Assembly: GCA_016871445.1 (NCBI GenBank)
Contig: VHDH01000001.1
Location: 875-64,874, forward strand
Reading direction: 5' to 3'
Length of the DNA stretch: 64,000 bases
From: Verrucomicrobiota bacterium
GTDB taxonomy: Bacteria > Verrucomicrobiota > Verrucomicrobiia > Limisphaerales > SXTU01
Position 1 is the stretch's first letter. The number at the start of each line of letters is the position of its first letter. The notes beneath the pieces were generated by a model. It was given only the letters and a program-made list of their open reading frames with translations. It did not search any database and was not told the DNA's origin. Shown here one piece after another: positions 41,549 through 52,600 of this stretch. Made by a program: the position numbers and the translations under genes.

Positions 41549-42343
41549 ATGCGCCTCCCCCGTCATCCTTGCAGCGACCGATGTCAGGTGGTTCTGGCCT
41601 CCCAGGCCGCATTTACTCTTTTGGAAGTCGTCTTCGCCATCGGCATCGCCACCGGTATTCTCGTCGCGGCGCTTGCCTTCCATCATCAAGCCACTGCTTT
41701 GCGCGCGAACCTCCTCGACGAAGCAGAACGCCTCGCCGCCGTTCGCCAGATCATGGACCGTCTCGCTGCCGACCTCCGCGTCGCACCGGGTTACAACCAT
41801 GTCGGCTTCATCGGTGACTCAAATTCTCTGCGCTTTGTAACCACCCGCTTGCCGCTCACGCCCGTTGGCTTCGACTCCGACCTGCGCCGCGTGACCTACC
41901 GCGCCACCTTCTCCGGCGACGCCACCAACCTCACTGTTAGCGGCCTCTCACGCCTCGATGAACCGGCCGTGGAACTCATCGCCTCCCCGCTTACGTCAAC
42001 TGCCGCCACAGGGACGACGACTGAACCGGTCGGTGATGCAGCGGAGGAACTCGCCGCCAGCGTCACGAACGCGACCTTGTCCGTCGCTGGCGCTGCCGAG
42101 CCGCTCACCGAATCGATTCGCTTCCTGAATTTTCGTTTCTGGGACGGCTCTGCGTGGCGTGACACATGGAGCGGCGTGGCTCCGCCGCCCGGGGTGGAAA
42201 TCAGTCTTGGCTTCGAGTCGCTCCCCGCCGACATGACCCCCGACATGTACCCGGGTGAGGTCTTCCGCCGTGTTATCTTCCTTCCCGCTGGCCAGCCAAA
42301 ATCAGCGGAGGAGAATCTTGTAGTCCGCTTGAACCAACAGTGA
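41549..42343 (+). CDS. gspJ: Minor pseudopilin, GspJ-like
   Basis: A|FTLLEVVFA, MDRLAADL, LNFRFWDGSAWRDTW, PPGVEISL. Confidence 0.8.
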   Translation: MRLPRHPCSDRCQVVLASQAAFTLLEVVFAIGIATGILVAALAFHHQATALRANLLDEAERLAAVRQIMDRLAADLRVAPGYNHVGFIGDSNSLRFVTTRLPLTPVGFDSDLRRVTYRATFSGDATNLTVSGLSRLDEPAVELIASPLTSTAATGTTTEPVGDAAEELAASVTNATLSVAGAAEPLTESIRFLNFRFWDGSAWRDTWSGVAPPPGVEISLGFESLPADMTPDMYPGEVFRRVIFLPAGQPKSAEENLVVRLNQQ

Positions 42344-43953
42344 ACTTGTGCTTTCAACGCGAGCAAACTCGCCTGCCTTATCTCGCTTTCCAAGCGCGAG
42401 AAAAGTGGCGCGTGGGGACTCATTCCTCCGCTTTCGCCCTCGTCGCTGTGCTCGTCATGGTGATGTTGCTCTCGATGCTTGTCATTAGCTTGCTGTTCAG
42501 GTTTCAGGCAGAAGACTCCGCTGCAAGCGCGAGCGTTAACGGCGAGCAAGCATGGGCGGCGGCGATGAGCGGCGTCGAGGAGGCGCTGCGCGTTGCCAGC
42601 ACCGCCGCCCCCGGTGCCAACGACTGGCAGGACAATCCGGGCGCTTTCCGCGAGCGGCTTGTCTTCGACGACGGCGGCGAGCGTTGGTTCTTCTCTGTCT
42701 TTACGCCGAGCGCGACGCCCGGCGAAGTCCGCTACGGTCTCGCCGACGAGGCTTCCAAGCTCAACGTCAACGTCGCCGCTGGTGCCAGCCTCGAGAAGCT
42801 CCCGCGCGTTTCGCCCGCCATGGCTGCCGCGCTCGTTGACTTTCTCGACCCCGATGACATACCGGAGCCAGAGGGCGCAGAGCAGGAGTATTACAGCGCC
42901 TTGGCTCGGCCTTATACTATTCGCAATGGCCCGCTGGCATCGCTTGACGAGTTACTGCTCGTGCGCGGTTTTACGGCGGAAATTCTCCATGGCGCGGCGG
43001 CGGCGTCCGCTAACTTGACCAACGAAGAACCCTCCACGGCCAGTGCTAATACCCGCGTCACGCGCGGCCTCAGCCAGTTCCTCACGGTGGCGTCTTACGA
43101 ATTTAACACCGACGCCGACGGTTGGGACCTCACGAACTTGAACGACCCTGCGTCACCATTGCCCAGCACTGACCGCTTGCCCGCTGCCGTCACGAATTTC
43201 ATCAGCGCGCTCCGAACAAACGGCGTGACGCTCAGCCATCCCGCCGAATTGCTTGAAGCCACGTTGCTCATCAAGACCGCGAAGGGCGCCATGACTGAGA
43301 TCTCCTCTGGCGTGGGCAAGGCTGAGTTGGCTGCTGTACTCGAACTCTTCACCGCCTCCGATTACTACTACACCGATGGCCTCATTAATGTGAACACCGC
43401 CAGTGCCACCGTGCTTGCGACGTTGCCTGGCGTGGATGAGGCGCTCGCCGAGACCATCGTATCCGCGCGCGGAGCGCTTGGCGCAGGCCGTCGGACAACC
43501 ACGGCGTGGCTATATCAGGAGGGCGTGCTCGATGCCGCAAAGTTCAAAGCCCTCGCGCCACTGCTCACCTCGCGCAGCGAGCAATTCACGTTCTGCGTCA
43601 TTGGCTATGGCCTGCCTTCGGGCCGCTTCCGCGTGCTGGAGGTGGGCATTGACGTGGCCGGTGGTGACCGCCGCGTGACTTACCTCCGCGATGTGACACG
43701 GCGCGGCTTGCCGTTCCCGATTGCCGGCGAAGCCGAGGGGCAAGTGACGAAGCTCGAAAGCCCAAGTGCGAAAGTGAAACGCAGCTCCCAACTCCCAGCT
43801 CCAAATTTTCAATATACTCCAAGCTCCAAGCTGCCAATACCAAGGCGCGCCTCCAATTTCCCGCATGCGAATCTAGATTCAGAGCAGGCAACGTCTCTGG
43901 TGCTAGGACCTTGGATCTGGGGGCTTTTTTCCTCGGAGGTTTGCCATGGCTGA
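42340..43953 (+). CDS. gspK: Minor pseudopilin, GspK-like
   Basis: A|FALVAVLVMV (no Glu5, typical of GspK), DEASKLNVN, EQEYY, NGPLASLDELLLVRG, INVNTAS..VLATLPGV. Confidence 0.85.
   Translation: MNLCFQREQTRLPYLAFQAREKWRVGTHSSAFALVAVLVMVMLLSMLVISLLFRFQAEDSAASASVNGEQAWAAAMSGVEEALRVASTAAPGANDWQDNPGAFRERLVFDDGGERWFFSVFTPSATPGEVRYGLADEASKLNVNVAAGASLEKLPRVSPAMAAALVDFLDPDDIPEPEGAEQEYYSALARPYTIRNGPLASLDELLLVRGFTAEILHGAAAASANLTNEEPSTASANTRVTRGLSQFLTVASYEFNTDADGWDLTNLNDPASPLPSTDRLPAAVTNFISALRTNGVTLSHPAELLEATLLIKTAKGAMTEISSGVGKAELAAVLELFTASDYYYTDGLINVNTASATVLATLPGVDEALAETIVSARGALGAGRRTTTAWLYQEGVLDAAKFKALAPLLTSRSEQFTFCVIGYGLPSGRFRVLEVGIDVAGGDRRVTYLRDVTRRGLPFPIAGEAEGQVTKLESPSAKVKRSSQLPAPNFQYTPSSKLPIPRRASNFPHANLDSEQATSLVLGPWIWGLFSSEVCHG
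43785..43923. repeat. Heptamer-periodic (CTCCAAG-like) imperfect inverted repeat inside the gspK 3' end
   Basis: CTCCCAA CTCCCAG CTCCAAA ... ACTCCAA GCTCCAA GCTGCCAA TACCAAG, then complementary-type CTGGTGC TAGGACC TTGGATC TGGGGG. Confidence 0.55.
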
Positions 43954-45571
43954 CCGCGACGCTCTCCCTGCGTTCCCGTTCAAGAGGCCTACTGCCGGGC
44001 GCGCGAAACTCCCGTCGCAGGCAACCTCGCTAGACTTTGACAGCCGCTCGCTCCGTGTCGTCTCGCCTGGACTCAGCCGCATCGCGGTCGCCCCGCTAAA
44101 CTTGCCCGCTGATGCTGACCGCACTGATGCCGCCGTGCTTGGGGCCGCGTTGGCGACTGCGTTGGAGCAACTCAAACTCAAACCCGGCCCCGTAGTAATG
44201 GGCTTGCCGCGCGCTCAGGTGGTGCTCAAGACGCTCCTGCTGCCCGTCGTCGCGGACGTGAACGAACTCGCGTCCATCGTTCATCTGCAAGTCGGACGCG
44301 ACCTCCCGTTTCGGCTCGCGGACGCGGTGATTGATTTCCAAATCCTCCGCCAAATCGCGCCGCCTGCACCTAAACCCGACGTGAATGCCAAGCCCGGCGC
44401 AGAAGCACCCGCTGCGCCGCCGCCCAAGGTCGAAGTGCTCGTGGCTGTGGCGAAGCGCGAGGCCGTCGCGTTCTACCAACGCGTCGCGGAAGCGGCAGGC
44501 GTGAAACTCGTCGCGCTCGGCCTCTTGCCAAACGCCGGCGCGCGGTGCGTTGAGGCGTGTCGCGTCGTGGAACGGGGGCAACCCTTCGCGCTCGTGTCGC
44601 TGCGCGTGGATGAAGTCAGCATTGAGATCGCGTGTGACAGCGCAGTGCCGTTCAGCCGCGGTGCGGCATTGAAGCCAATGGACGCGAACGCGCCGGAGAC
44701 ATTCGTCAACGCCGCGACGATTGAAGCCGTCCGCAGCTTGCACAGTCACGGCGGCCAGGGCGCGGCAGGGTCACCCGCGAGGGTTTTCGTCAGCGGCGCG
44801 ACGGGCCAAGAAGCTGCGCTTGCCACTGCACTCGCCGCTCGCATGAGTGTGCCGGTGGCCGCGCTGGACACGGCGGCGCTCGACTTGCCGACGGAGGCGC
44901 GGGTGGACGCGGGCGGTTCCGCCGCCGCCATCGGCTTGGTGCTCGGCTACGCGGACACAAACGGGTTGCCGTTTGATTTTCTTAACCCGAAGCGTCCTGC
45001 CGTCCCGCGCGATATGCGGCGCGTGAAGATTCTTGCCGGCTTGGCCGTGACGGCGGCGTTGTTCATCGTCGTGGCGGGCATTCGGCATTGGCTCATCGGG
45101 AAACGCCAGACCGTGCTCGATGCCGTAACCGCCGAGGCTGTGCTTGCGGAGAAAAACCGACCTGCGTACCGGAAGGTAATTTCGCAGGCGGCCGTGGTGA
45201 ACGAGTGGGTCGGTGGCGAGCGCGACTGGCTGCTGCATTATGCGCACCTTAGCGCTGTGCTCCCGCGCAGCGAGGAGATGTTTCTCACATCCTTCGCGGT
45301 AAGTGGGCCGGGTGCATTAAGGCTGGGTGTGCGCGCGAAAAGTGGAGCGATTCTGGCGAAGATGGAAAAGCAGCTCCGCGCCGCCGGCTATGAGGTCAAG
45401 CCGCTTGCCATCACGCCGGGTGCGGACAAAAATGGCTATGAATTCCAGTCCACCGTCGAACTAGGTGTACCGGCGAAGCTCAAAATTGACACCACGCAAC
45501 TGCTGCCACCGGAGCGCCCGGCGGATGACGCTTCCCTCGACCCACCAGGACGCAGGAGAGGAGGCGGATGA
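43946..45571 (+). CDS. GspL-like (PilM-PilN type) assembly platform protein
   Basis: Cytoplasmic actin-like PilM features (LDFDSRSLR, VVMGLPRAQV, DLPF...AVIDF, VFVSG, AAIGLVL, FDFLNP), one TM, periplasmic PilN-like domain (LSAVLP, LRLGVRA). Confidence 0.75.
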   Translation: MADRDALPAFPFKRPTAGRAKLPSQATSLDFDSRSLRVVSPGLSRIAVAPLNLPADADRTDAAVLGAALATALEQLKLKPGPVVMGLPRAQVVLKTLLLPVVADVNELASIVHLQVGRDLPFRLADAVIDFQILRQIAPPAPKPDVNAKPGAEAPAAPPPKVEVLVAVAKREAVAFYQRVAEAAGVKLVALGLLPNAGARCVEACRVVERGQPFALVSLRVDEVSIEIACDSAVPFSRGAALKPMDANAPETFVNAATIEAVRSLHSHGGQGAAGSPARVFVSGATGQEAALATALAARMSVPVAALDTAALDLPTEARVDAGGSAAAIGLVLGYADTNGLPFDFLNPKRPAVPRDMRRVKILAGLAVTAALFIVVAGIRHWLIGKRQTVLDAVTAEAVLAEKNRPAYRKVISQAAVVNEWVGGERDWLLHYAHLSAVLPRSEEMFLTSFAVSGPGALRLGVRAKSGAILAKMEKQLRAAGYEVKPLAITPGADKNGYEFQSTVELGVPAKLKIDTTQLLPPERPADDASLDPPGRRRGGG

Positions 45572-46611
45572 ACACCCGCGAGAAAAAACTTGCCGCGATG
45601 GTTCTCGGCACTGCGGCGCTCTTCAGCGGTTTGCTGGGCATTCGCACGTTTATTTCGCGCCCGCTTGTAGACCTCGATAAACGGATCGTCGCCGCTCGCG
45701 AGCGACTCGGAAAAATCCAGACCGAACGGCGGAATTTCTTCACTGCCGAGGACCGCTTGAAGTCGCTGACCAAGCTTGCTTATGCCGACACGACCGACGA
45801 GGCCAGCGCGCGTTCGGGCGAGGTGCTGACGAAACAGATTGTTCAAGCGGGCTTGGACGAAGGCGACTTCACCCGGCTGCCGCTTGGCCCGCGCAAACTT
45901 CGGGGCGCGAGCGAGATCGGCTGGAGCGTACAGGGCGATGGGCCGTTGGCGAGGGTCGTGAACTTGCTCTTCATCCTTGAACAATCGCCGCATTTGCTAC
46001 GGATCGAAGGGTTGGTGCTCTCGCAGGCGGAGAAGCCTGGCGACGTGCGCGTGCGCTTCCGCTTCCTGACGCTCGTGCTGGATCCCGCGCCCGAGGTCAA
46101 GCGTGAGGTGCTCACGGCGAAGGTGGACTTAAAGTCTGAAGCCCGCCACGTCTTCGACGGCATCGTCACGCGGGACTTACTGCGGCCTTACATTAAACGT
46201 CCGCCGCCACCGCCGGTCGTCGCGAAGACAGGTAGCAATTCCTCTGCTTCCGCGGTGCCCGCCACGCCGCCGGGACCACCTGGCCCGGAGACTTTCCGCG
46301 TCGTCTCGCTCTCCGAATGGCAGGGCCAGCCCGAAATCCACGTGCGCGACCTCACCGCGCAGAAAACAGTTCGTTATAAGTCGGGTGATACGTTGGCGGG
46401 AGGAACCATTGTGCTGGTGGATTATCGTGCACTGCCATTGCCCGGCGGGAATGGGTTGCTTTCCGACAGCCGGGTCATCGTGCGCGTGAAGGACGAGTTC
46501 TTCGCTATTGAGCGCGGCCAGACATTGGGAGATTTACGGAAGCTGGAACTTGCACAGCTCCCGCCAGAATTGGCAAAATCTGTTGGTAACCTGCCGCGCA
46601 CGACACCATGA
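45568..46611 (+). CDS. Putative GspM/PilO-like protein fused to a C-terminal GspC-HR/PilP-like beta domain
   Basis: MNTREKKL + TM + coiled coil + ferredoxin-like segment (VQGDGPLARVVNLLFILEQSPHLLRIEGL), Pro-rich linker, then EIHVRD...RYKSGDTLAGGTIVLVD...VIVRV. Confidence 0.6.
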   Translation: MNTREKKLAAMVLGTAALFSGLLGIRTFISRPLVDLDKRIVAARERLGKIQTERRNFFTAEDRLKSLTKLAYADTTDEASARSGEVLTKQIVQAGLDEGDFTRLPLGPRKLRGASEIGWSVQGDGPLARVVNLLFILEQSPHLLRIEGLVLSQAEKPGDVRVRFRFLTLVLDPAPEVKREVLTAKVDLKSEARHVFDGIVTRDLLRPYIKRPPPPPVVAKTGSNSSASAVPATPPGPPGPETFRVVSLSEWQGQPEIHVRDLTAQKTVRYKSGDTLAGGTIVLVDYRALPLPGGNGLLSDSRVIVRVKDEFFAIERGQTLGDLRKLELAQLPPELAKSVGNLPRTTP

Positions 46612-46624
46612 ACATTTTCCCCTT

Positions 46625-49600
46625 ATGAACCGAACGCACCCTCCGCTCCTCGCCCTTGCGCTCCTCGTCGGCACGTTCACCCTCGCGGCGCAGGACGCGC
46701 CGAAGGCCCCGGCTGTTGCCGTGCCCGCCACGAACGCCCCCACGAAGGCCGTCACCATCGCGCCCAGCACCGCCGCGCCCGCGTCCAACGCGCGCAACAT
46801 TCGCTTTCAGTTCGATGGCATTCCTTACGGCGATGTCATCGAACGGTTTGCGCAAATGGCGGGCAAGCCACTTCTCGCTGGCAACAAACCCGAGGGCACG
46901 CTGACCTACAATGACCCCAACGCCTACACTTATGGCGAGGCGCTCGACACGCTCAACGTCGTCCTCGCGATGAAGGGCGTCATGCTCGTCGAGAACGCGA
47001 ACTACCTCCAACTCGTGCCTTTTAAGGAGCTGCCGTCCACGCCGCTGAAGCTCCTGCGCGGCGCCGCACCCGTCGGAGACGTGCGGCCCGGCGAGGTCGT
47101 TACCGCCGTGCTCGACGCTAAGAACGTAGACTCGAAGGAAATCACGGATTCGCTCACCTCGATGCTATCGAGCGCCGGTTCCATGGCCGTGCTGCCGCGC
47201 GGGCGCGGCATCATCATCACCGACCGGCTGGCGAATATTCAGCGCATCAAAACTCTGCTCGCCACCATCGACATCGAGGCACCAGCCGAGCGAATGATGA
47301 AAACCTTCGCGCTGCAAAATAGCTCTGGGGCGATAGTTGCCGACCTGCTCAACCGCACTTTCGGTGTCGCCACCGCACCCAGGCGCCAAGAGTTCAACCC
47401 AAATACCAAGGCGATGCAAATCCTGCCGCCGGACCCGAACGAATACATCACTGCGGTCTACGACGACGCCTCGCGCACGATGGTGCTATTCGGCCCGCGC
47501 GAGCGCATCGCGCTGGCGGAGGAGTTGATTGCGAAGTTCGAGCAACGCGAAGGCCCCTCCGGCGATGTGCGCATTTACCAGCTGCAGTCCACCAAGGCCG
47601 ACGAAATCGCCATGATTATCCGACAGGCGATTCCCGGCGTTGCCGAGCCAAAAGAAACTGGCTCTGCGGCCGCCACCAAGGCGCGCGTCATCGCCGACTC
47701 ACAGCAAAACCGCCTCATCGTCGCGTCGCCCGTGGCAGGACAGTTGGAGCAGATTGATCTGCTCATCAGCCGCGTGGACAAAGGCACGACCGGTAACGTG
47801 AATACCAACAACGCGCCGCTCCGGGTTCAGTCAGTGATGCTCACCAAAGTCTTCCGTCCCCGTGCGACCGAGCCAAAGGACTTCGCCCAAATTGTTACAC
47901 AGGCGCTCACGCGGCGCGACCCCGGCGGGCGCGCCGGCATCACCGCCAGTGTCATTCACGATCCCGGCAGCAAGACGGTAGTAATCTCCGGTACGCTTGG
48001 CGACCTCCAGACCGCGACGGAGATTCTCACACAGTTGGAGACTGGCACTTCCCAACCGCAGGCGCTCCAGACGCGTTTCATCGAAGTCGGCACGGCGGCG
48101 GACGCGAAGCGCCTGTTGCCGCTCGTGGAAGAGCTTTACCGCAACCAAATGAGCGGCGCGGGCGCGCTCGACTCCGGCGCGCACGCCAAGCTGATGAGCG
48201 ACGATAACGGGAGGCTCATCGTGACGGCGAGCGAGGCACACCTGATTCGGGTGGAGGAGCTTGTAAAGCAACTGCGTGGAAAAAACGGCGTGGTGATGAA
48301 CCGCCAGCTTTCGATCATTGCACTTAAAAACACCAAGTTGGATGCGATCCTCGCTGGTTTTGAGAAGCTACTCTCTGACCGCATGGCCGACCGACGCTTC
48401 GAGGGCCAGCCAAAGCCCTCGGTCGTGCCAGATAACGCGAACAACCGGGTGCTCGTCACGGCAACCCCTGAGCAGTTGAAGGAGATTGAGCAACTCGTGC
48501 AAGTGGTGGATGTCGCGCCTGCAACGCAACGCCGCGAGATGGTTGTCCTCCCCGTGCGCGCCAAGACCCCGGCGGAAATCATCACCCTCGCCACGCAACT
48601 CCTCGCACAGATGGGTGGCGCTGGCGCGGACCCCCAGATGGAGCCCAAGCTCATCCCCGACGCGAGCGGTAAACAAATCATTTTGCTCGCTGCCCAGAAA
48701 GATTTGCAGCGTGTGCGCGAGTTGGTCACTCAGCTCGACACGGCCACCATCCAGAACCTCGCCCGCCAGTTCCGTTCGGTGGAACTCAATGCGCGCTCGG
48801 CAGCGGAGCTAACCCCGCTAGTCACGCAGCTTTATCAGGAGCAACTTAAGGGGCAGAACGAGCCGCCCGGCGGCGCGGCCACTGTGCTCGCTGACGCCAA
48901 GAACAACCGCATCATGGTCAGCGGCGCGGACGCGGAAATCACCCGTGTCGAGGCCATCATCCGCCAGCTCGACCCCGCCGGCCGGAAGCCCGCCCGTGAC
49001 GAAACGCGCGTCTTTCGCTTGCGTGCCGCGCTGGCCGCCGAAATTTCCGGCCTCGTCGAAAAGAGCCTTAATGCGCAGGCACAGACGGTAAAAGTGCTCG
49101 TGGACGCGCGCAGCAATAGCCTCATCCTCAGTGGGGAGCCGGATGCGGTCGAGGCCGCATCGAAAGTCATCCAACAGCTCGACACGCCCGGCGACGTGCA
49201 GCCGCGCGAGATGCGTGTGATGGAGTTGAAGCAGGGCGACGCTGCCGCCATCGCCGCGCTCGCCACGCCGCTGGTCACCGAACTGCTCAAGAGCCAACGC
49301 GGGCCGGAGTATTCGCCCACGGTCAAAATCATCGCCGACGCTGCCTCGAACCGACTCATCATCAGCGGGCCGCGCAACGAGCTGCTCGCGGTTAATACCA
49401 TCGTTGAACAACTCGACCAAGCGCCCGAAGGCGCGGGCGGCGCGCGCGTGTTCAAGCTCAATAACGCCACCGCGCTCAAGGTTGTTGGGGTCGTCTCCAA
49501 CGCGATGGTGAAGTTTGACGCGCGCAACCAGCCCATCCGCCGGATCACCGTAAGTGCAGACCCGGATTCAAACAGTATTGTCGTCGCGGGTACACGGCAG

Positions 49601-52600
49601 GACCTGAAGGACGCCGAGAACATCATCCAGCGCCTTGATAATGAGGGCATTGACCCGTCGAGTCTGGAAAAACCCAAGGGCATGAAGCTTGTCGAAGTGC
49701 GCGGCGATGCTGACGCGCTCGCTGCGTTGGCCACGCGCATCTTCACAGCGCAAGCCGGGCGCAGCGCGTTGACGAATCTCGTGAGCATCACACCGAACGG
49801 CAAACGTCTTATCGTGCTAGCGCCTGAGGCGATGCTGCCGCAAATCGAGGCACTGGTGAACTCGCTTGATGCAAAGCCTGATGAGTTGCAACGCGAGCTG
49901 CATCCTATCGTGCTTAAGAACGCCTCCGCCACGGAACTGCTGCCCAAGGTCACGGCAATTTACTCCGAGCAGTCCGCCGGCAAGACACAGAAGCCCGCGA
50001 CGATTTACGCCGACGCCAGCGGCACGCGGCTCAATGTCTTCGGCACGAAGCAGCAGGCCGAGGCGATTCAGCAGATTGCCGACACGCTCGCCGGGAGCGC
50101 GCCCGCGACGCGCGAGACGAAGCTGATTGACCTCGGCAAACTCACCGAAGCCAAGCGTGTGATGGCGCTCGCACTCCAGCTCTACAAAGACCAGTTCGCC
50201 GCCAACCCTCAGCTCGGCCCTGCCGACGCGCAGATGGTCAGCGACGGCGTCTCTGGCCGCGTCATCGTCAGCGCGCGCGCGGACCAGATGAAAGCCATCG
50301 AGGACATCTTCAAGCGGCTCGAACTCACGCCCGCCGCCTCGGCCGCGCGCGAGACGCGCATGATTGAAGTTGGCTCCGCGAACGACGTGGCGCGGCTGCT
50401 GCCCATTGTGCAAAAGCTTTATGCCGAACAGTGGAAAGACCGACCCGAGACCGACCCGGCGGACGCGCAAATCGTCGCCGACCCGCAGGGCGGGCGCGTC
50501 ATTGTCACAGGCCGGCCGGAGCACGTGAAGGAGATTGAAGGCATCTTGCAGAAGCTCGGCACGGCTAAGGCCAAGCCGCAGGCGCGCGAGACGCGACTCT
50601 TCGATCTTACCACCGCCAGCGCGACAGAATTGGTCACGACCTTGAAGGTGCTTTACACCGAGGACGCCAAGGCGCGCTTTGGCGCACAGACGCCGGATAC
50701 GCTAATCATGGCCGACACGAGCGCGAACCGGTTAATTGCGGTGGGTGACACGGTGGAGCTCGAAGCTGTCGCCGGGCTGGTGAAGAAACTCGATTCCAGC
50801 GCCGCGCAAAGTTCAACGGCGCGGGTATTCAAGATTAAGTCCGCCGATCCGGCGAAGGTTGCCGAGGTGCTCACCACCGCACTGGTGCGCTTTGACGCGC
50901 TGGGCCGCGCGCAGAAGCGCGTGAGCGTCTCAGTGGACGCGAAGACCCGCACTCTCATCGTGACCGGCGATGCCAAGGAACTCGCCGCTGTTCCCACGAT
51001 CATTGAACAACTCGATCAGTCACTCGGAGAACAGCCGGAGCGGAAAATACAAACTGTGCAGCTTAACTCCACGACCCCGAACACGCTGCTTTCGCAGGCA
51101 CGCAAACTTTACGACGACCAAATTAAGACGCAGCCGGAACTCACCGTGTCCGAGTTGCTCGTGATGGATGATGCCAGTGGCAGCCAGCTCATCCTCGCCG
51201 GCAGCGACGCGCAGTTGAAGTTGTTCACCCGCATCTTAGATGACCTGCAAAAGCTTCAAGTCACGCCCGGTGAGCGGGTGACTAAGTCGTTCGACCTTGG
51301 CCCAGCCGATGAGGTCACGCGGCTTGTGCCACTGGTGCGCTCGTTCTACGAGGAGAAGTGGCGCACGCGGCCGCTCTCGGACCCGGCGGACGCGACGTTC
51401 CTGCCTGACACGCGCAACGGCCGCGTCATTGTCACGGGTCGCACGAACCACCTTGTGGAGATTGAGGCGTTGCTCGGACAGTTGCGCGATGGGGCGGCGA
51501 TGGAGCCGCGCACCACGCGTTTTTTTGACCTGACCAGCAGCGATGCCGGCATGCTGGTCGCCACGTTGCGCCCGCTGTATCTCGAACAAGCTAAACTGCG
51601 GCCCGGTGCACCGGCGCAGAATACGCTGATCCTCGCGGAGACAAATTCCAACCGCCTCATCGTGACCGGTACGGCTAATGAGCTGAGCGTGGTCGAGCAA
51701 CTCGTCCGCGAGTTGGACAAGGCCAGCCCGCAGAGCGCCATTGCGCGTATCTTCAACCTTAAGACGGCCGACCTCGCGCAAGTCTCGGAAATCCTCACCA
51801 ACGCCTTTGTGACGGCAGACCGCATCGGTCGCTCGACCAAACGCATCAGCGTGGTGGTGGACGCCAAGAATCGCAGCTTGATTGTCACAGGCGAGGTACG
51901 TGATTTGCAGGCGGTGGGGAAATTGATTGAGCAAATCGATGCTTCGCCCGCGAGCACAAACCAGGTGCGCTCGATGCGAGTCTTCGCGTTGAAAGGCCGG
52001 CGGGCGACGGAGACCGCGCCGAAGATTCGGCAAGTGTTTGAGGAGCGCGCGCGCAGCTTGCCGGAGGTCGGCACAGCGGGCGCGGTCATCGTCGAAGACA
52101 TCCCCGGCAACCAGTTGATTTTCGTCGGCACTGAGGCGCAGCTCGCGCTCATGCAGGAAACCGCCGACGTAATGGATAAAGCTGGTACAACGCTCGGCCG
52201 CGAAGTGCGGGTGTTTCCGTTGGAGCGTAATTCTGCTGACGCCGTGGTGGTGATGCTCAACCGCCTGTTCCCGCGTCAGACCGGCACCACGGATCGCGAG
52301 GACCGCATGCTCATCAGCGCCGGCGGCGACGACAACACGCTCATCGTGGACGCGACCCGAACGGATTTAGACAAGGTTGAGCAGCTGCTGCGCGTGATGG
52401 ACGCTTCACCCGCCGGCGACAAGACGACTTTCCACGCCGTACGTCTCACGAAGGGCAAAGCCGAGGAAGTTGCGACCGCTGTGACCGAGTCGTTCACCGC
52501 GAAGCTGGGCCGGGGAAAACTACCGCGCACGACGGTGACGCCCGTCAATGGTGCAAACACGCTGCTCATCAACGGCCCGAACGGTGAGGTCGAGAACGTG

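Noticed and set aside
36794-46611. Retractile type IVa pilus or competence system
   Set aside because: The major pilin has GspG-specific motifs, a GspK is present, there is no PilT, and the secretin lacks AMIN domains. The HhH-like motifs in GspK are normal for that family and are not evidence of ComEA.
46508-46624. Longer 3,978-aa start for the secretin given by the ORF track
   Set aside because: It overlaps the upstream gene by about 100 bp and places 39 non-signal residues ahead of a clear signal peptide; ATG 46625 is preferred.
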